Translations under genes and position numbers: made by a program
Source of the DNA: Candidatus Vogelbacteria bacterium
GTDB taxonomy: Bacteria > Patescibacteriota > Minisyncoccia > Phycocordibacterales > XYD1-FULL-46-19
Assembly (NCBI GenBank): GCA_016188295.1
Contig: JACPIA010000004.1
Location: forward strand, 42,478 to 106,477
DNA length: 64,000 bases
Direction: 5' to 3'
Notes under the pieces: model-generated
The model's database searches: none
Told to the model about the DNA's origin: nothing
Seen by the model: the letters and a program-made list of their open reading frames with translations, nothing else
Part shown: positions 28,097 through 38,196 of the stretch, in pieces
Layout: each line of letters starts with the position of its first letter
How positions within the stretch are numbered: position 1 is the first letter of the stretch

Positions 28097-29749
28097 ATGG
28101 CCGCTAAAAAACACAAATATATCTTCGTCATCGGAGGCGTGATGTCAGGTGTCGGTAAAGGAGTAACTACTTCGTCAATCGGCAAAATTTTACAAGCGAG
28201 AGGATTTAGGATCAATGCCATGAAGATTGACCCTTATTTAAATGTCGATGCCGGGACAATGAATCCAATTGAACATGGTGAGGTCTTTGTTCTTGACTCT
28301 GGACTGGAGTGCGATCAAGATATGGGTAATTACGAGCGTTTTTTGGATACTTCGATTCCGGCCGAGAATTATATGACCAGTGGTATGGTCTATAAATATG
28401 TAATCGACAAAGAGCGGGCGCTCGAGTATGGCGGCAAATGTGTGGATCCGGTACCTTTTATTTGTGGCGAGATTTTACGACGGATCAAACTCTCGACCGA
28501 GAAGACCGACTCCGATATTACGGTGGTGGAAATTGGCGGTACCGCGGGCGAATATCAGAATACTTTATTCATTGAAGCGGCTCGGATTTTAAAACTTAAA
28601 CATCCGGACGATGTAGTGTTTGTGTTAGTGAGTTATTTACCAGTACCTGACAAAATAGGAGAAATGAAGACTAAACCGACTCAATATGCAGTGCGGACTT
28701 TAAATTCTTATGGTGTTCATCCTGACATTATTGTTGCTCGGAGTGATCGACCGCTGGATAAAAAACGGAAGGAAAAAATCGCCTTTTCCAGTAATGTGCC
28801 AGTGGATAATATTATCTCTGCCCCGGACGTGGATTCCATTTACGATATTCCTCTTAATTTTGAAAAAGACGGATTATCAACGACCTTGCTTAAATTACTG
28901 AAAACTAAACCTAAGCAGACTGATTTGGCGGAGTGGCATCGTTTTGTTACTAAATTAAAAAAAGCTAAAGATGAGGTTAAAATTGCTATGGTCGGCAAAT
29001 ATTTTAAAACCGGTGATTTCATTCTCTCTGATGTCTATATCTCGATTATCGAGTCGCTTAAGCATGCCGCCACCGCCAATGGTAAAAAATTAAAATTAGA
29101 GTGGCTCTCGGCGATGGATTATGAGGAAACTCCTCATAAATTAAAAGAGTTGTCTGGTTTTGATGGTGTTTTGGTGCCTGGTGGCTTTGGCGAACGCGGG
29201 GTGGAGGGTAAAATTAAAGCCATTCAATATGCCCGAGAGAATAGTATTCCCTATTTTGGCTTATGTTATGGAATGCAATTGGCGGTGATTGAATATGCTC
29301 GTCATCTGGCTGGACTTAAAGATGCGCATACTACTGAGGTTAATCCTGACACCCAGTCGCCGGTCATTGATATTATGGAAGACCAAAAAGAGAAAATGGC
29401 CACTAAAAATTATGGTGGCAGTATGCGTTTAGGAGCTTACCCCGCTAGTTTAAAAGTCGGTACCATTGCCCGCGAGGCCTATAAGGCGGAAAAGATTAGC
29501 GAGCGTCATCGTCATCGCTTTGAGGTTAATCCCGCTTTTGTTAGTGTGTTGGAGGAGAAAGGATTGGTCTTTTCTGGCACCTCACCGGATCGCCGTTTGA
29601 TGGAAATTGCTGAATTACCTAAAAAAATTCATCCGTTTTTTGTTGGGGTTCAATTTCATCCCGAGTTTAAATCATCACCACTTAAACCTCATCCGCTGTT
29701 TGTCGCTTTTATCAAAGCTGCCGCCGAGCGCGCTAAAAGACGTCAATAA
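28097..29749 (+). CDS. pyrG: CTP synthase
   Basis: GGVMSGVGKG, KIDPYLNVDAGTM, GLCYGMQ, QFHPEF. Confidence 0.98.
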   Translation: MAAKKHKYIFVIGGVMSGVGKGVTTSSIGKILQARGFRINAMKIDPYLNVDAGTMNPIEHGEVFVLDSGLECDQDMGNYERFLDTSIPAENYMTSGMVYKYVIDKERALEYGGKCVDPVPFICGEILRRIKLSTEKTDSDITVVEIGGTAGEYQNTLFIEAARILKLKHPDDVVFVLVSYLPVPDKIGEMKTKPTQYAVRTLNSYGVHPDIIVARSDRPLDKKRKEKIAFSSNVPVDNIISAPDVDSIYDIPLNFEKDGLSTTLLKLLKTKPKQTDLAEWHRFVTKLKKAKDEVKIAMVGKYFKTGDFILSDVYISIIESLKHAATANGKKLKLEWLSAMDYEETPHKLKELSGFDGVLVPGGFGERGVEGKIKAIQYARENSIPYFGLCYGMQLAVIEYARHLAGLKDAHTTEVNPDTQSPVIDIMEDQKEKMATKNYGGSMRLGAYPASLKVGTIAREAYKAEKISERHRHRFEVNPAFVSVLEEKGLVFSGTSPDRRLMEIAELPKKIHPFFVGVQFHPEFKSSPLKPHPLFVAFIKAAAERAKRRQ

Positions 29750-29750
29750 A

Positions 29751-29789
29751 CGAGGACTCTCTCCTCGGTATCCGAGGAGAGAGTCCTCG
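29751..29789. repeat. nested palindrome / bidirectional terminator-like hairpin
   Basis: cgaggactctctcctcgg tat ccgaggagagagtcctcg; each arm is itself a hairpin. Confidence 0.8.
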
Positions 29790-29793
29790 GGAG

Positions 29794-31050
29794 TTACTCC
29801 ACAAAAGTGAGAGCAAAGCCTTTGGCCCCGGCCCGGCCGGTCCGGCCAATTCGATGGACGTAGTCATCATAAGTGGAAGGAAGGTCATAGTTGATGACGT
29901 GACTCACCCTGGTAATATCCAAACCTCGAGCGGCCACATCAGTCGCAACTAAAATTTTAGCGTGACTGTCTTTAAATAATTTAAGCGCTTTTTGGCGTTG
30001 ACCATGATTTTTGTCGCCATGGATGGACTCGGCGGCAAAACCGCGTTCTTTTAAAGCGCGCGACAAACGCTCGACGCCAAATTTAGTTTGACCAAAAATG
30101 AGGACACGATCAAAGCCTGGTTTAATTAATAAGTTATGCAAAACATCAATTTTATTTTGACCAGATGGAATACGCACAATATCTTGATCCACTTGCTTGG
30201 AGGTCTCACCAGTTTTAACCGAGACGCGCGCTGGCTCTTTAAGGAAGGCGCCGATTAAAGTTTCAATCTCGCGCGACATTGTCGCTGAGAAGAAGAGCGT
30301 GTGATGCACTGCCGGCATACCGGCCACTAAAAAGCGGACCTCATCGATAAAGCCCATATCAAGCATTCGATCAGCCTCGTCTAAAACAATACTTTGGTAA
30401 AAAGAGAGGTTAATCACTTTGCGCTCGATTAAATCACGCAAGCGTCCGGGTGTGCCGATTAAAAAGTGATGGCGGCGGGAGAGGGCATTAATTTGCCGGC
30501 CGATGGGTGCGCCACCCACCACACAGACGCCAAAAATATTTAAGCCGGTAGTAAAACCACGAAGTTCGTCCTCAATTTGGATCGCCAACTCACGCGTGGG
30601 TACTACTACTAAAATGCGTTGGCGCGGATCCATAATCACTTTGTTGATAAGAGGGATTAAAAAAGCGGCGGTTTTACCGGTGCCGGTATTAGCAATACCA
30701 ACTACATCCAAACCACGCAATACGTGAGGGATAATTTTATCTTGAATCGGGGTTGGTAACTCATAGTCCTTATCTAAAATATTTTTCTTTAACCGGTTAT
30801 CAATACTAAAGTCGGTAAATTTATGCTCGGGGACAAAGTGCTCTACCGCCTCGGTGATGACTGCTTTATTAATAAAGCGGGAGACGTCGATGTGTTGGCC
30901 AAATCTCCGCCGGTTGGCGGAGTTATTGCCGCCACCACGCTTTCCGCCAGTGGGCGGATTAAATCTACCGCCGCTTTTGGGGCGGGAGTGAGGACGACTA
31001 AAACGACTAGCGGACCCGCCACGATGGGGCGAAGAGTGCTTATTATACAT
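29794..31050 (-). CDS. DEAD-box RNA helicase
   Basis: PTPIQ, TGTGKT, PTREL, DEAD, SAT, HRIGRTGR. Confidence 0.96.
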   Translation of the reverse strand: MYNKHSSPHRGGSASRFSRPHSRPKSGGRFNPPTGGKRGGGNNSANRRRFGQHIDVSRFINKAVITEAVEHFVPEHKFTDFSIDNRLKKNILDKDYELPTPIQDKIIPHVLRGLDVVGIANTGTGKTAAFLIPLINKVIMDPRQRILVVVPTRELAIQIEDELRGFTTGLNIFGVCVVGGAPIGRQINALSRRHHFLIGTPGRLRDLIERKVINLSFYQSIVLDEADRMLDMGFIDEVRFLVAGMPAVHHTLFFSATMSREIETLIGAFLKEPARVSVKTGETSKQVDQDIVRIPSGQNKIDVLHNLLIKPGFDRVLIFGQTKFGVERLSRALKERGFAAESIHGDKNHGQRQKALKLFKDSHAKILVATDVAARGLDITRVSHVINYDLPSTYDDYVHRIGRTGRAGAKGFALTFVE

Positions 31051-31171
31051 AGATTCTGACGTTGTAATTAACTGATATATGGGTGAGACCCACGTATCGG
31101 TCTTACAAGAGACGTCAGATGAGATTCACTTAGTTTTGAGTATATATTATCTCCTTAAATAAGTCAATGTT

Positions 31172-32959
31172 TTAGTCTTCTTTTTTTCTTTTGACTTTAG
31201 AACGTTCGGCTTCAGTGAGGAATTGTTTGCGCAGGCGGGTACTGGTGGGGGTAATTTCTAAATACTCGTCATCAGTCATGATTTCCAACCCTCGCTCAAT
31301 AGTAATTGGGATCGGTGGAGTGAGGAAAATATTTTCATCAGAACCACTAGCTCGCATATTGGTTAATTGCTTGCCTTTAGTCGGATTAACTACCATTTCC
31401 TCGCCTTTGGCGGTGTTACCCACCACCATTCCCTCATAGACTTCGGTGTTGGCGCCAATGTAAAGAGTACCTCGAGTTTGCAAATTAGCGAGAGAGAAGG
31501 CCAATGCTTTACCACCAGTCATCGAGGTCATCGAGCCCACTTGTCGCTTCTCAATCTCACCAGCGTACGGTTTGAAGCCGATAACTCGGCTGGCAAAAAT
31601 TCCCTCCCCTTTAGTGTCAATGATAAATTGACCGCGGTAGCCCAAGAGACCACGAGTCGGCCCTTCAAAAGTCAGGCGTATCCTCGATCCATCGGGTTTC
31701 ATATTAGTCATTTGGACAGCGCGCTTAGACAACTTTTCAATCACCACGCCTTGCATCTCACTCGGTACCTCAATGGTGGCCTCCTCAAATGGTTCACTTT
31801 TTACCCCATCAATGTCTTTAATAATTACCCGTGGTTGTGACACTTGAAGCTCATAACCCTCACGACGCATATTTTCTAACAAGATCGCAATATGGAGTTC
31901 ACCTCGGCCAAAGACTTTAACGACGTCATCCTCAAAGTCGACACGCAGCCCCACATTCACTTCTAACTCTTTCAGTAAGCGTTCTCTGATTTGGCGACCG
32001 GTCACAAATTTACCTTCTCGACCAGCAAAAGGGGAGTTGTTGACTAAAAAGTTGAGAGCAATGGTTGGCTCATCAACGTGGATCACAGGCAGGGTCTCGG
32101 TGTTAGAATTATCACAAATGGTGTCACCAATATAGATATTAGGTAGACCGGCAATTAAGACAATATCACCGGCCTCCGCTTGTTCGGTCTCAACGCGTCT
32201 AATCCCGTCAAAAGTAAATAGTTTGGTGATACGACCGTTTTCGCTCTCATTGTTTGCTTTTTTAACTAACACCTGGCTACCGGTTTTAACGACTCCCTCG
32301 TAAACACGAGCGATCGCTAAGCGACCTAAAAAGTTATCATAACCTAAGTTAAAAGGTTGAGCTTTAAGTGGGGCGTCAACGTTGTGAGGCGCGACCGGTA
32401 CCTCTTCTAAAATTGCATCCAAAAGTGGTTCTAGATTTATGCGCGGGTTAGTGAGTTCCCGCATCGCTACACCCTCTTTACCAATAGCGTATACGGTTTT
32501 AAAGGCCAGTTGATCCTCGGTGGCGCCGAGATCAAAAAATAATTCTAAAATCTCATCATGGGCGCGAGCAGTGTCGGCGGCGGGTTTATCAATTTTATTT
32601 AAAATCACAATTGGTTTATGGCCAATCTCAAGTGACTTTTTAAGCACGAAGCGAGTTTGGGGCATCGGACCCTCTTGAGCATCGACTACCAATAACACCG
32701 AATCGATCGAGCGGAGCACTCGCTCGACCTCTGAGCCAAAGTCGGCGTGGCCTGGGGTATCCACGATATTGATCTTAGTATCTTTGTATTTAATCGAGGC
32801 ATTTTTAGCATAAATCGTAATACCTCGCTCTTGTTCTAAGGCATTGGAGTCCATACTAGCTCCGTCAATTACAGCACCAGTCTGACGTAAAATAGCATCA
32901 GTTAAAGTGGTTTTGCCATGGTCCACGTGGGCGATGATGGCGATATTTCTTGTATTCAT
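31172..32959 (-). CDS. typA: translational GTPase TypA/BipA
   Basis: AHVDHGKTT, DTPGHADF, GRGELH, NPTKGKQLTNMRASG. Confidence 0.97.
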   Translation of the reverse strand: MNTRNIAIIAHVDHGKTTLTDAILRQTGAVIDGASMDSNALEQERGITIYAKNASIKYKDTKINIVDTPGHADFGSEVERVLRSIDSVLLVVDAQEGPMPQTRFVLKKSLEIGHKPIVILNKIDKPAADTARAHDEILELFFDLGATEDQLAFKTVYAIGKEGVAMRELTNPRINLEPLLDAILEEVPVAPHNVDAPLKAQPFNLGYDNFLGRLAIARVYEGVVKTGSQVLVKKANNESENGRITKLFTFDGIRRVETEQAEAGDIVLIAGLPNIYIGDTICDNSNTETLPVIHVDEPTIALNFLVNNSPFAGREGKFVTGRQIRERLLKELEVNVGLRVDFEDDVVKVFGRGELHIAILLENMRREGYELQVSQPRVIIKDIDGVKSEPFEEATIEVPSEMQGVVIEKLSKRAVQMTNMKPDGSRIRLTFEGPTRGLLGYRGQFIIDTKGEGIFASRVIGFKPYAGEIEKRQVGSMTSMTGGKALAFSLANLQTRGTLYIGANTEVYEGMVVGNTAKGEEMVVNPTKGKQLTNMRASGSDENIFLTPPIPITIERGLEIMTDDEYLEITPTSTRLRKQFLTEAERSKVKRKKED

Positions 32960-32988
32960 GATGTAGAAAGATTACTATACCTAATATT

Positions 32989-33672
32989 ATGAGGATTAAC
33001 AAGTATTTAGCCAATCAGGGTTTGAGTACTCGTCGTGGCGCCGATGAGCTTATCGAGCGTGGTTTAGTGCTAATCAACGGCCGTAAGGCCAAACTAGGAG
33101 ACAAGGTGAACGAGACCGATAAGGTGGAACTTAAACCCCAGACTAAGAAAATAACTTATCGCTACTTTGCTTATCATAAGCCGCGCGGAGTAGTCACTCA
33201 CTCGCCCCAACTAGACGAGCTAGATGTGCTTGAGGCTAGTGGTCTTAAAAACGTCTTCCCGATTGGTCGCTTAGATAAATCCTCCACCGGTTTGATTATT
33301 TTGACCAATGATGGGCGAGTAACGGATCGTCTGCTTAATCCCAGTAAAGAGCACGAGAAAGAGTATGAAGTAACCGTGGCCGAGGTGTTGAAACCGAGTT
33401 TTGAAGATAAAATGTCTCGCGGTGTGCGACTAGAAGATTATACCACTAAACCGTGCCAGGTGATCGTTTTAAACGACTATACTTTTAGAATTACTTTAAC
33501 TGAGGGTAAAAAACATCAGATCCGCCGGATGTGCGCGGCTCTAGGTTATGTTACTCGTGACTTAAAACGAACGCGAATTTTGAATCTTAAATTAGCCAAT
33601 ATGCGCGCTGGCACTTACCGTGAAATTCACAGTGGCGAATTGGCATCTTTTTTAAAATTATTAGGATTATAA
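32989..33672 (+). CDS. RsuA/RluB/RluF-family pseudouridine synthase
   Basis: N-terminal S4 domain, GRLDK, EGKKHQIRRM. Confidence 0.93.
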   Translation: MRINKYLANQGLSTRRGADELIERGLVLINGRKAKLGDKVNETDKVELKPQTKKITYRYFAYHKPRGVVTHSPQLDELDVLEASGLKNVFPIGRLDKSSTGLIILTNDGRVTDRLLNPSKEHEKEYEVTVAEVLKPSFEDKMSRGVRLEDYTTKPCQVIVLNDYTFRITLTEGKKHQIRRMCAALGYVTRDLKRTRILNLKLANMRAGTYREIHSGELASFLKLLGL

Positions 33673-33717
33673 TTTATTTTGGGAATTAATTAATTTTATG
33701 GCATAGTCTATACATAT

Positions 33718-33788
33718 TGCCAGATCGTCTAATGGTAGGACATCGCCCTCTGAAGGCGAGTATCTTGGTTCGAATCCAAGTCTGGCAG
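33718..33788 (+). tRNA. tRNA-Gln(CTG)
   Basis: TGCCAGA TC GTCTAATGGTAGGAC..CTCTGAA..GTTCGAAT..TCTGGCAG. Confidence 0.93.
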
Positions 33789-33791
33789 CCC

Positions 33792-33820
33792 TTGCATATA
33801 CCCCTAGGGGGGTATATAAT
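33792..33820 (+). promoter_or_regulatory. promoter with CsoR-type operator
   Basis: TTGCAT-17-TATAAT overlapped by ATATACCCCTAGGGGGGTATAT (C-tract/G-tract pseudo-palindrome typical of CsoR sites). Confidence 0.85.
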
Positions 33821-33829
33821 ATAAAATAT

Positions 33830-34096
33830 ATGGAAAACAAAAATAAAAAGAGACTGGTACGGCGACTAAAACTCATTGAGGGTCAAATCAGAGGCCTCCA
33901 AAAGCTAGTCGAGAATGATACTTATTGTATTGATGTAATTACCCAAACCTCAGCAGTGAAACAGGGGTTGTCTAACATTGAGGATTTATTACTTGAAAAT
34001 CATCTTGATCGTTGTGTCCATCATCAGATGAAAACTGGCCAAATGATCAAAGCCAAATCCGAGATCATCAAAGTTTATAAGTTAAAGCGAAAATAA
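33830..34096 (+). CDS. csoR: CsoR/RcnR metal-sensing repressor
   Basis: RLKLIEGQIRGL, C.DVITQ, HLDRC. Confidence 0.9.
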   Translation: MENKNKKRLVRRLKLIEGQIRGLQKLVENDTYCIDVITQTSAVKQGLSNIEDLLLENHLDRCVHHQMKTGQMIKAKSEIIKVYKLKRK

Positions 34097-34097
34097 T

Positions 34098-36392
34098 ATG
34101 CAAACACAAACATATAGAGTCAAAGGAATGCATTGTGCCTCCTGTTCGGCGATCATCGAAAAGACTTTTAAAAAGATTGAAGGTGTGCATTCTGTGGAAG
34201 TTAATTACGGTACGGAAAAAGCAAAAATTTCTTTTGACTCTTCAAAGACCAACCCCCACGACCTGTCCAAACACATCAAATCTCTCGGTTATTCATTAGA
34301 CATTCCTACTATTGCTGAAGAAATGGGAATATCTCCAGACGAACACGCGACACACGTGGGATTCAATCAGTCTAAAAAAGAAAAGCTTGCAGAAGTGACA
34401 GATATGCGAGCAAAGGTATTTTCTGCTATCCCGCTCGCTACTGTTGCCGCCCTGGTGATGGGTTGGGATATTCTCGCTCAATATGGTGTCGTAGCAGAAA
34501 TGAGTTACACAATCAAAGAGTTTTTCCATCATTTGCTCCCAATACTGGCCACTTATGTCTTATTTGTGGTCGGTAAGCCCTACCTACTTGGTTTTTATAG
34601 ATTCTTGCGATATGGAAAGGCTAACATGGACACCCTTATCGGCATCGGTACCGTTGCCGCTTTTCTGTACAGTTTTACAGTCACCGCTTTTGAAGAAGCT
34701 CTTCGATCTTTCATAAATGTCGATTACCAATATTATGATGTGACAATCGTGGTCATTACTTTTATTGCGCTTGGTAAGTATCTGGAGGCTCGATCTAAAA
34801 TAAAAACAGGTGATGCGATTGAGAAACTGCTCAATCTTCAAGCTAAAACCGCTCTGGTTATTCGGGATGGAAGAGAGATAGAAATTTCAGTTAATGATGT
34901 CAAACATGGAGACTTAGTTATTGTCAAGCCCGGTGCCAAAATTCCAGTTGATGGCGTAATAATTGAAGGGAGGTCTTTTATTGATGAGTCGATGGTGACT
35001 GGCGAGCCAATGCCTGTATCGAAAAAAGTTGATGATGGTATTGTGTCTGGGACGATCAATACAAGCGGTTCCTTCACTTTTAAAGCGACTAAAGTCGGAT
35101 CCGAAACACTTCTGGCTCAGATCATAAAAATGGTTGAGGCCGCTCAAGGCAGTAAGGCTCCAATCCAAGCACTGGCAGATAAAATTTCAGCGGTCTTCGT
35201 CCCTATTGTTCTAGTGATTGCCTTTCTTGCTCTCGGCGGATGGCTCATTGTCGGGTCGCAGTATCTGGGATTTTCTCAAGCTTTATCGTTTGGTCTAGTA
35301 TCGTTTGTTGGCATTTTAGTGATCGCTTGTCCGTGCGCTCTAGGATTGGCTACGCCTACTGCAATCATTGTTGGAGTGGGTAAAGGAGCCAAAGAAGGAA
35401 TACTGATTAAAGATGCCGCCACACTGGAGAAATTGCATAAGGTAAATACGGTCGTTGTAGACAAAACAGGCACGATTACCAAAGGTAAACCGACATTGGT
35501 TGATATACAGAATCTTTCTGGCCTAAAAAATGACGAGATTGTGTCTATTCTTGCTTCTCTCGAAAGGAAATCAGAGCATCCGATTGCTCATGCGATTGTT
35601 AATTATGCAGAGGAGAAGAATATCTCTTTTGCAGATGTTTCTAATTTTGAGAGTATTCAAGGTAAGGGTCTCAAGGGAACGATAAATGGCACAGAATACT
35701 TTGTTGGTAATACAAAACTCATAAGCGACCTGAGGATCTCATTTGATGGTTCAAAATTGAATGAATTTACTTCGCAAGGTAAGACACCAGTTATTCTGGC
35801 GACAAAAGAAAAAGTGTTGGGTTTTGTGATGGTGGCTGATGAGATAAAACAAGAATCAAAGCAAGCAGTAACCGATCTTCACCAGTTAGGTATTAAAGTG
35901 GTAATGCTCACCGGAGATGACGAACAAGCGGCCAAACATATTGCTTCGTCGGTAAATATTGATGACGTTGTTGCTCATGTCCTACCACAAGATAAGCTCG
36001 AAAAGATAAAAGTTTTGCAATTACAAGGTCGAGTGGTTGCCATGGCCGGTGATGGAGTAAATGATGCTCCCGCTCTGGCTCAAGCGGATGTGGGTATCGC
36101 CATGGGGACTGGGACAGATGTGGCAATAGAGTCGGCTGGTATTACGCTTCTTGGCGGCGATATTTCAAAATTAGTCAAGGCGATTAAATTGTCGAAGATC
36201 ACTATGAGAGGAATTAAACAAAATCTCTTTTGGGCTTTTGTCTACAACATCGTTGGCATTCCACTAGCAGCCGGCATCTTGTATCCAGTCTTTGGCTGGC
36301 TTTTGAATCCGGTGTTTGCTGGTTTTGCTATGGCCATGTCGAGTGTCTCGGTGGTGTCGAATTCACTTAGGATTAAAGCAAAAAAAATATAA
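34098..36392 (+). CDS. copA: Cu(I)-translocating P1B-type ATPase
   Basis: GMHCASC, TGE, CPCALGLATP, DKTGT, SEHP, GDGVNDAP, YN, MAMSS. Confidence 0.95.
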   Translation: MQTQTYRVKGMHCASCSAIIEKTFKKIEGVHSVEVNYGTEKAKISFDSSKTNPHDLSKHIKSLGYSLDIPTIAEEMGISPDEHATHVGFNQSKKEKLAEVTDMRAKVFSAIPLATVAALVMGWDILAQYGVVAEMSYTIKEFFHHLLPILATYVLFVVGKPYLLGFYRFLRYGKANMDTLIGIGTVAAFLYSFTVTAFEEALRSFINVDYQYYDVTIVVITFIALGKYLEARSKIKTGDAIEKLLNLQAKTALVIRDGREIEISVNDVKHGDLVIVKPGAKIPVDGVIIEGRSFIDESMVTGEPMPVSKKVDDGIVSGTINTSGSFTFKATKVGSETLLAQIIKMVEAAQGSKAPIQALADKISAVFVPIVLVIAFLALGGWLIVGSQYLGFSQALSFGLVSFVGILVIACPCALGLATPTAIIVGVGKGAKEGILIKDAATLEKLHKVNTVVVDKTGTITKGKPTLVDIQNLSGLKNDEIVSILASLERKSEHPIAHAIVNYAEEKNISFADVSNFESIQGKGLKGTINGTEYFVGNTKLISDLRISFDGSKLNEFTSQGKTPVILATKEKVLGFVMVADEIKQESKQAVTDLHQLGIKVVMLTGDDEQAAKHIASSVNIDDVVAHVLPQDKLEKIKVLQLQGRVVAMAGDGVNDAPALAQADVGIAMGTGTDVAIESAGITLLGGDISKLVKAIKLSKITMRGIKQNLFWAFVYNIVGIPLAAGILYPVFGWLLNPVFAGFAMAMSSVSVVSNSLRIKAKKI

Positions 36393-36394
36393 AT

Positions 36395-37408
36395 ATGCAT
36401 ACAAAAAATTATACCTTCCATATTTCTGGTACTCATTGCCCCTCATGCAAAATCTTTATTGAAGACACTCTCAATCAACAAATCGGCATTCAACAGACGT
36501 ACGTTGATTTGAAACACGAAATTATCTCGATCGAAACCACCCTGGATGAGAGTCAACACCAGCTGGCGGAGATACTAACAGAGAAGATTAAACGTAATGG
36601 CTACTTTCTTTCCGTTGAGAAAAAAGCTAAAACTAATAGTGCTAATGGAGTAATCTGGCGGGCATTGCCAATCGGACTGGCTCTTCTGGGATTGTTTTTT
36701 ATCATCCAAAAGTCAGGGGTGCTGAATTTTGGTTTAGGTGGAACCGTAACGCCAATCACCAGTTTTATAATTGGCTTAGTAGCGTCCGTCTCAAGTTGTC
36801 TAGCGATGGTCGGAGGATTGGTTTTATCTCTTTCCGCCACGGTGTCACAGGACAAAATAAGTGACGTCAAACCAATGATGCTTTTCCATGGAGGCCGTCT
36901 TATCAGTTTTGCGGTATTTGGCGGTTTGCTTGGTGCGATTGGCGGGGCTATTGGCATCAGTTTTACCATCACCGCGATACTGGGGATTATTGCATCAGTC
37001 GTAATGATTGTACTCGGACTTAATTTGGTAGGAGTGTTTAAGAATAACCTGATCGCTTTACCATCGGGAGTCTTTAGTTTTTTCCGTCAAATGGAGCACA
37101 AGACGATAGCCCCGTTATTGATTGGTGTCGGTACTTTTTTCCTACCATGTGGCTTTACTCAAGCGATGCAAGTGGCCGCCTTGGCTAGTGGTTCATTTTT
37201 TTCGGGATCTCTGATTATGACGGTTTTTGCTTTAGGTACGCTTCCAATGCTGGCTTTGCTATCGTTTGGTTCCGCATCGTTCGCTGGATCAAAATATGCT
37301 CCGCTTTTCTTCAAATCGGCGGGAGTTTTAGTGATTGGTCTCGGAGTCTTTGCTTTTTTGGCCGGATTGGCCGGATTGGGTATTATTGATCCTTTATTCA
37401 ACATCTAA
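36395..37408 (+). CDS. HMA-domain / DsbD_2-type membrane protein
   Basis: GTHCPSC, SSCLAMVGG, FFLPCGF, FALGTLP. Confidence 0.85.
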   Translation: MHTKNYTFHISGTHCPSCKIFIEDTLNQQIGIQQTYVDLKHEIISIETTLDESQHQLAEILTEKIKRNGYFLSVEKKAKTNSANGVIWRALPIGLALLGLFFIIQKSGVLNFGLGGTVTPITSFIIGLVASVSSCLAMVGGLVLSLSATVSQDKISDVKPMMLFHGGRLISFAVFGGLLGAIGGAIGISFTITAILGIIASVVMIVLGLNLVGVFKNNLIALPSGVFSFFRQMEHKTIAPLLIGVGTFFLPCGFTQAMQVAALASGSFFSGSLIMTVFALGTLPMLALLSFGSASFAGSKYAPLFFKSAGVLVIGLGVFAFLAGLAGLGIIDPLFNI

Positions 37409-37426
37409 TTTTATTAATCACAGTTT

Positions 37427-37825
37427 ATGCTAAAAAGTACTATTATATCCTTTGTCGTCAGTATTGCTCTCGTTGGGGGGACCTTTTATCTTATCTCCGA
37501 CAGGTCGGCATTTTCGAATAGCGAAATGGTACCATCACAGAATATCGAGATCAAAGATGGTGTGCAGTATGTGACTATAATCGCAAAGGGCGGTTATTCT
37601 CCGCGGGTCACTTCAATCAAAGAAGGACTGCCCACCAAGTTGGTTGTAAAAACAGCTGGTACTTACGATTGCTCGGCTTCGCTGATCGTCCGCTCGGTTG
37701 GTTTCCAAAAAATATTACCACCAACCGGTGAAGAAGTTATTGATCTGGGCATCTTAAAATCGGGCGAGAAAGTATTGGGTGTCTGCGGAATGGGAATGTA
37801 CAGTTTCCAAATCAAAGTAAACTGA
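37427..37825 (+). CDS. cupredoxin-like domain protein
   Basis: GGYSP, DC, CGMGMY. Confidence 0.82.
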   Translation: MLKSTIISFVVSIALVGGTFYLISDRSAFSNSEMVPSQNIEIKDGVQYVTIIAKGGYSPRVTSIKEGLPTKLVVKTAGTYDCSASLIVRSVGFQKILPPTGEEVIDLGILKSGEKVLGVCGMGMYSFQIKVN

Positions 37826-37937
37826 TCAAGCTGAGCTTGTCGAAGCTTAACACGCTATGCTATGCTAGGCAGGTATTAAGAAACGCAGCCCGAGTCGAGT
37901 CTCTCTATACATCTATAAGCAAACTAAAAACAATACA

Positions 37938-38135
37938 ATGACTGGTACAATCAAAACTTTGACGGAGAAGGGATTTGGCTTTATTGCTCGCGAAGGCGAG
38001 GCTAAAGACCTCTTTTTTCACTCTAAGGAGTTAGTGGGTGTTACCTACGATGAGCTCAAAGTTGGCGATACGCTAACTTTTGAGGTGGTCGATGGTGAGA
38101 AAGGCCCGGCGGCAGTAAACGTCTCCCGCGCCTAA
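37938..38135 (+). CDS. cold-shock protein
   Basis: KGFGFI, DLFFH, KGPAAVNV. Confidence 0.96.
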   Translation: MTGTIKTLTEKGFGFIAREGEAKDLFFHSKELVGVTYDELKVGDTLTFEVVDGEKGPAAVNVSRA

Positions 38136-38139
38136 CGCT

Positions 38140-38183
38140 CACAAAAAACCACCCTTCGACAAGTTCAGGGTGGTTTTTTTGTG
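38140..38183. terminator. bidirectional terminator
   Basis: cacaaaaaaccaccct..agggtggtttttttgtg between convergent genes. Confidence 0.8.
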
Positions 38184-38196
38184 AATAATGTTTAAT

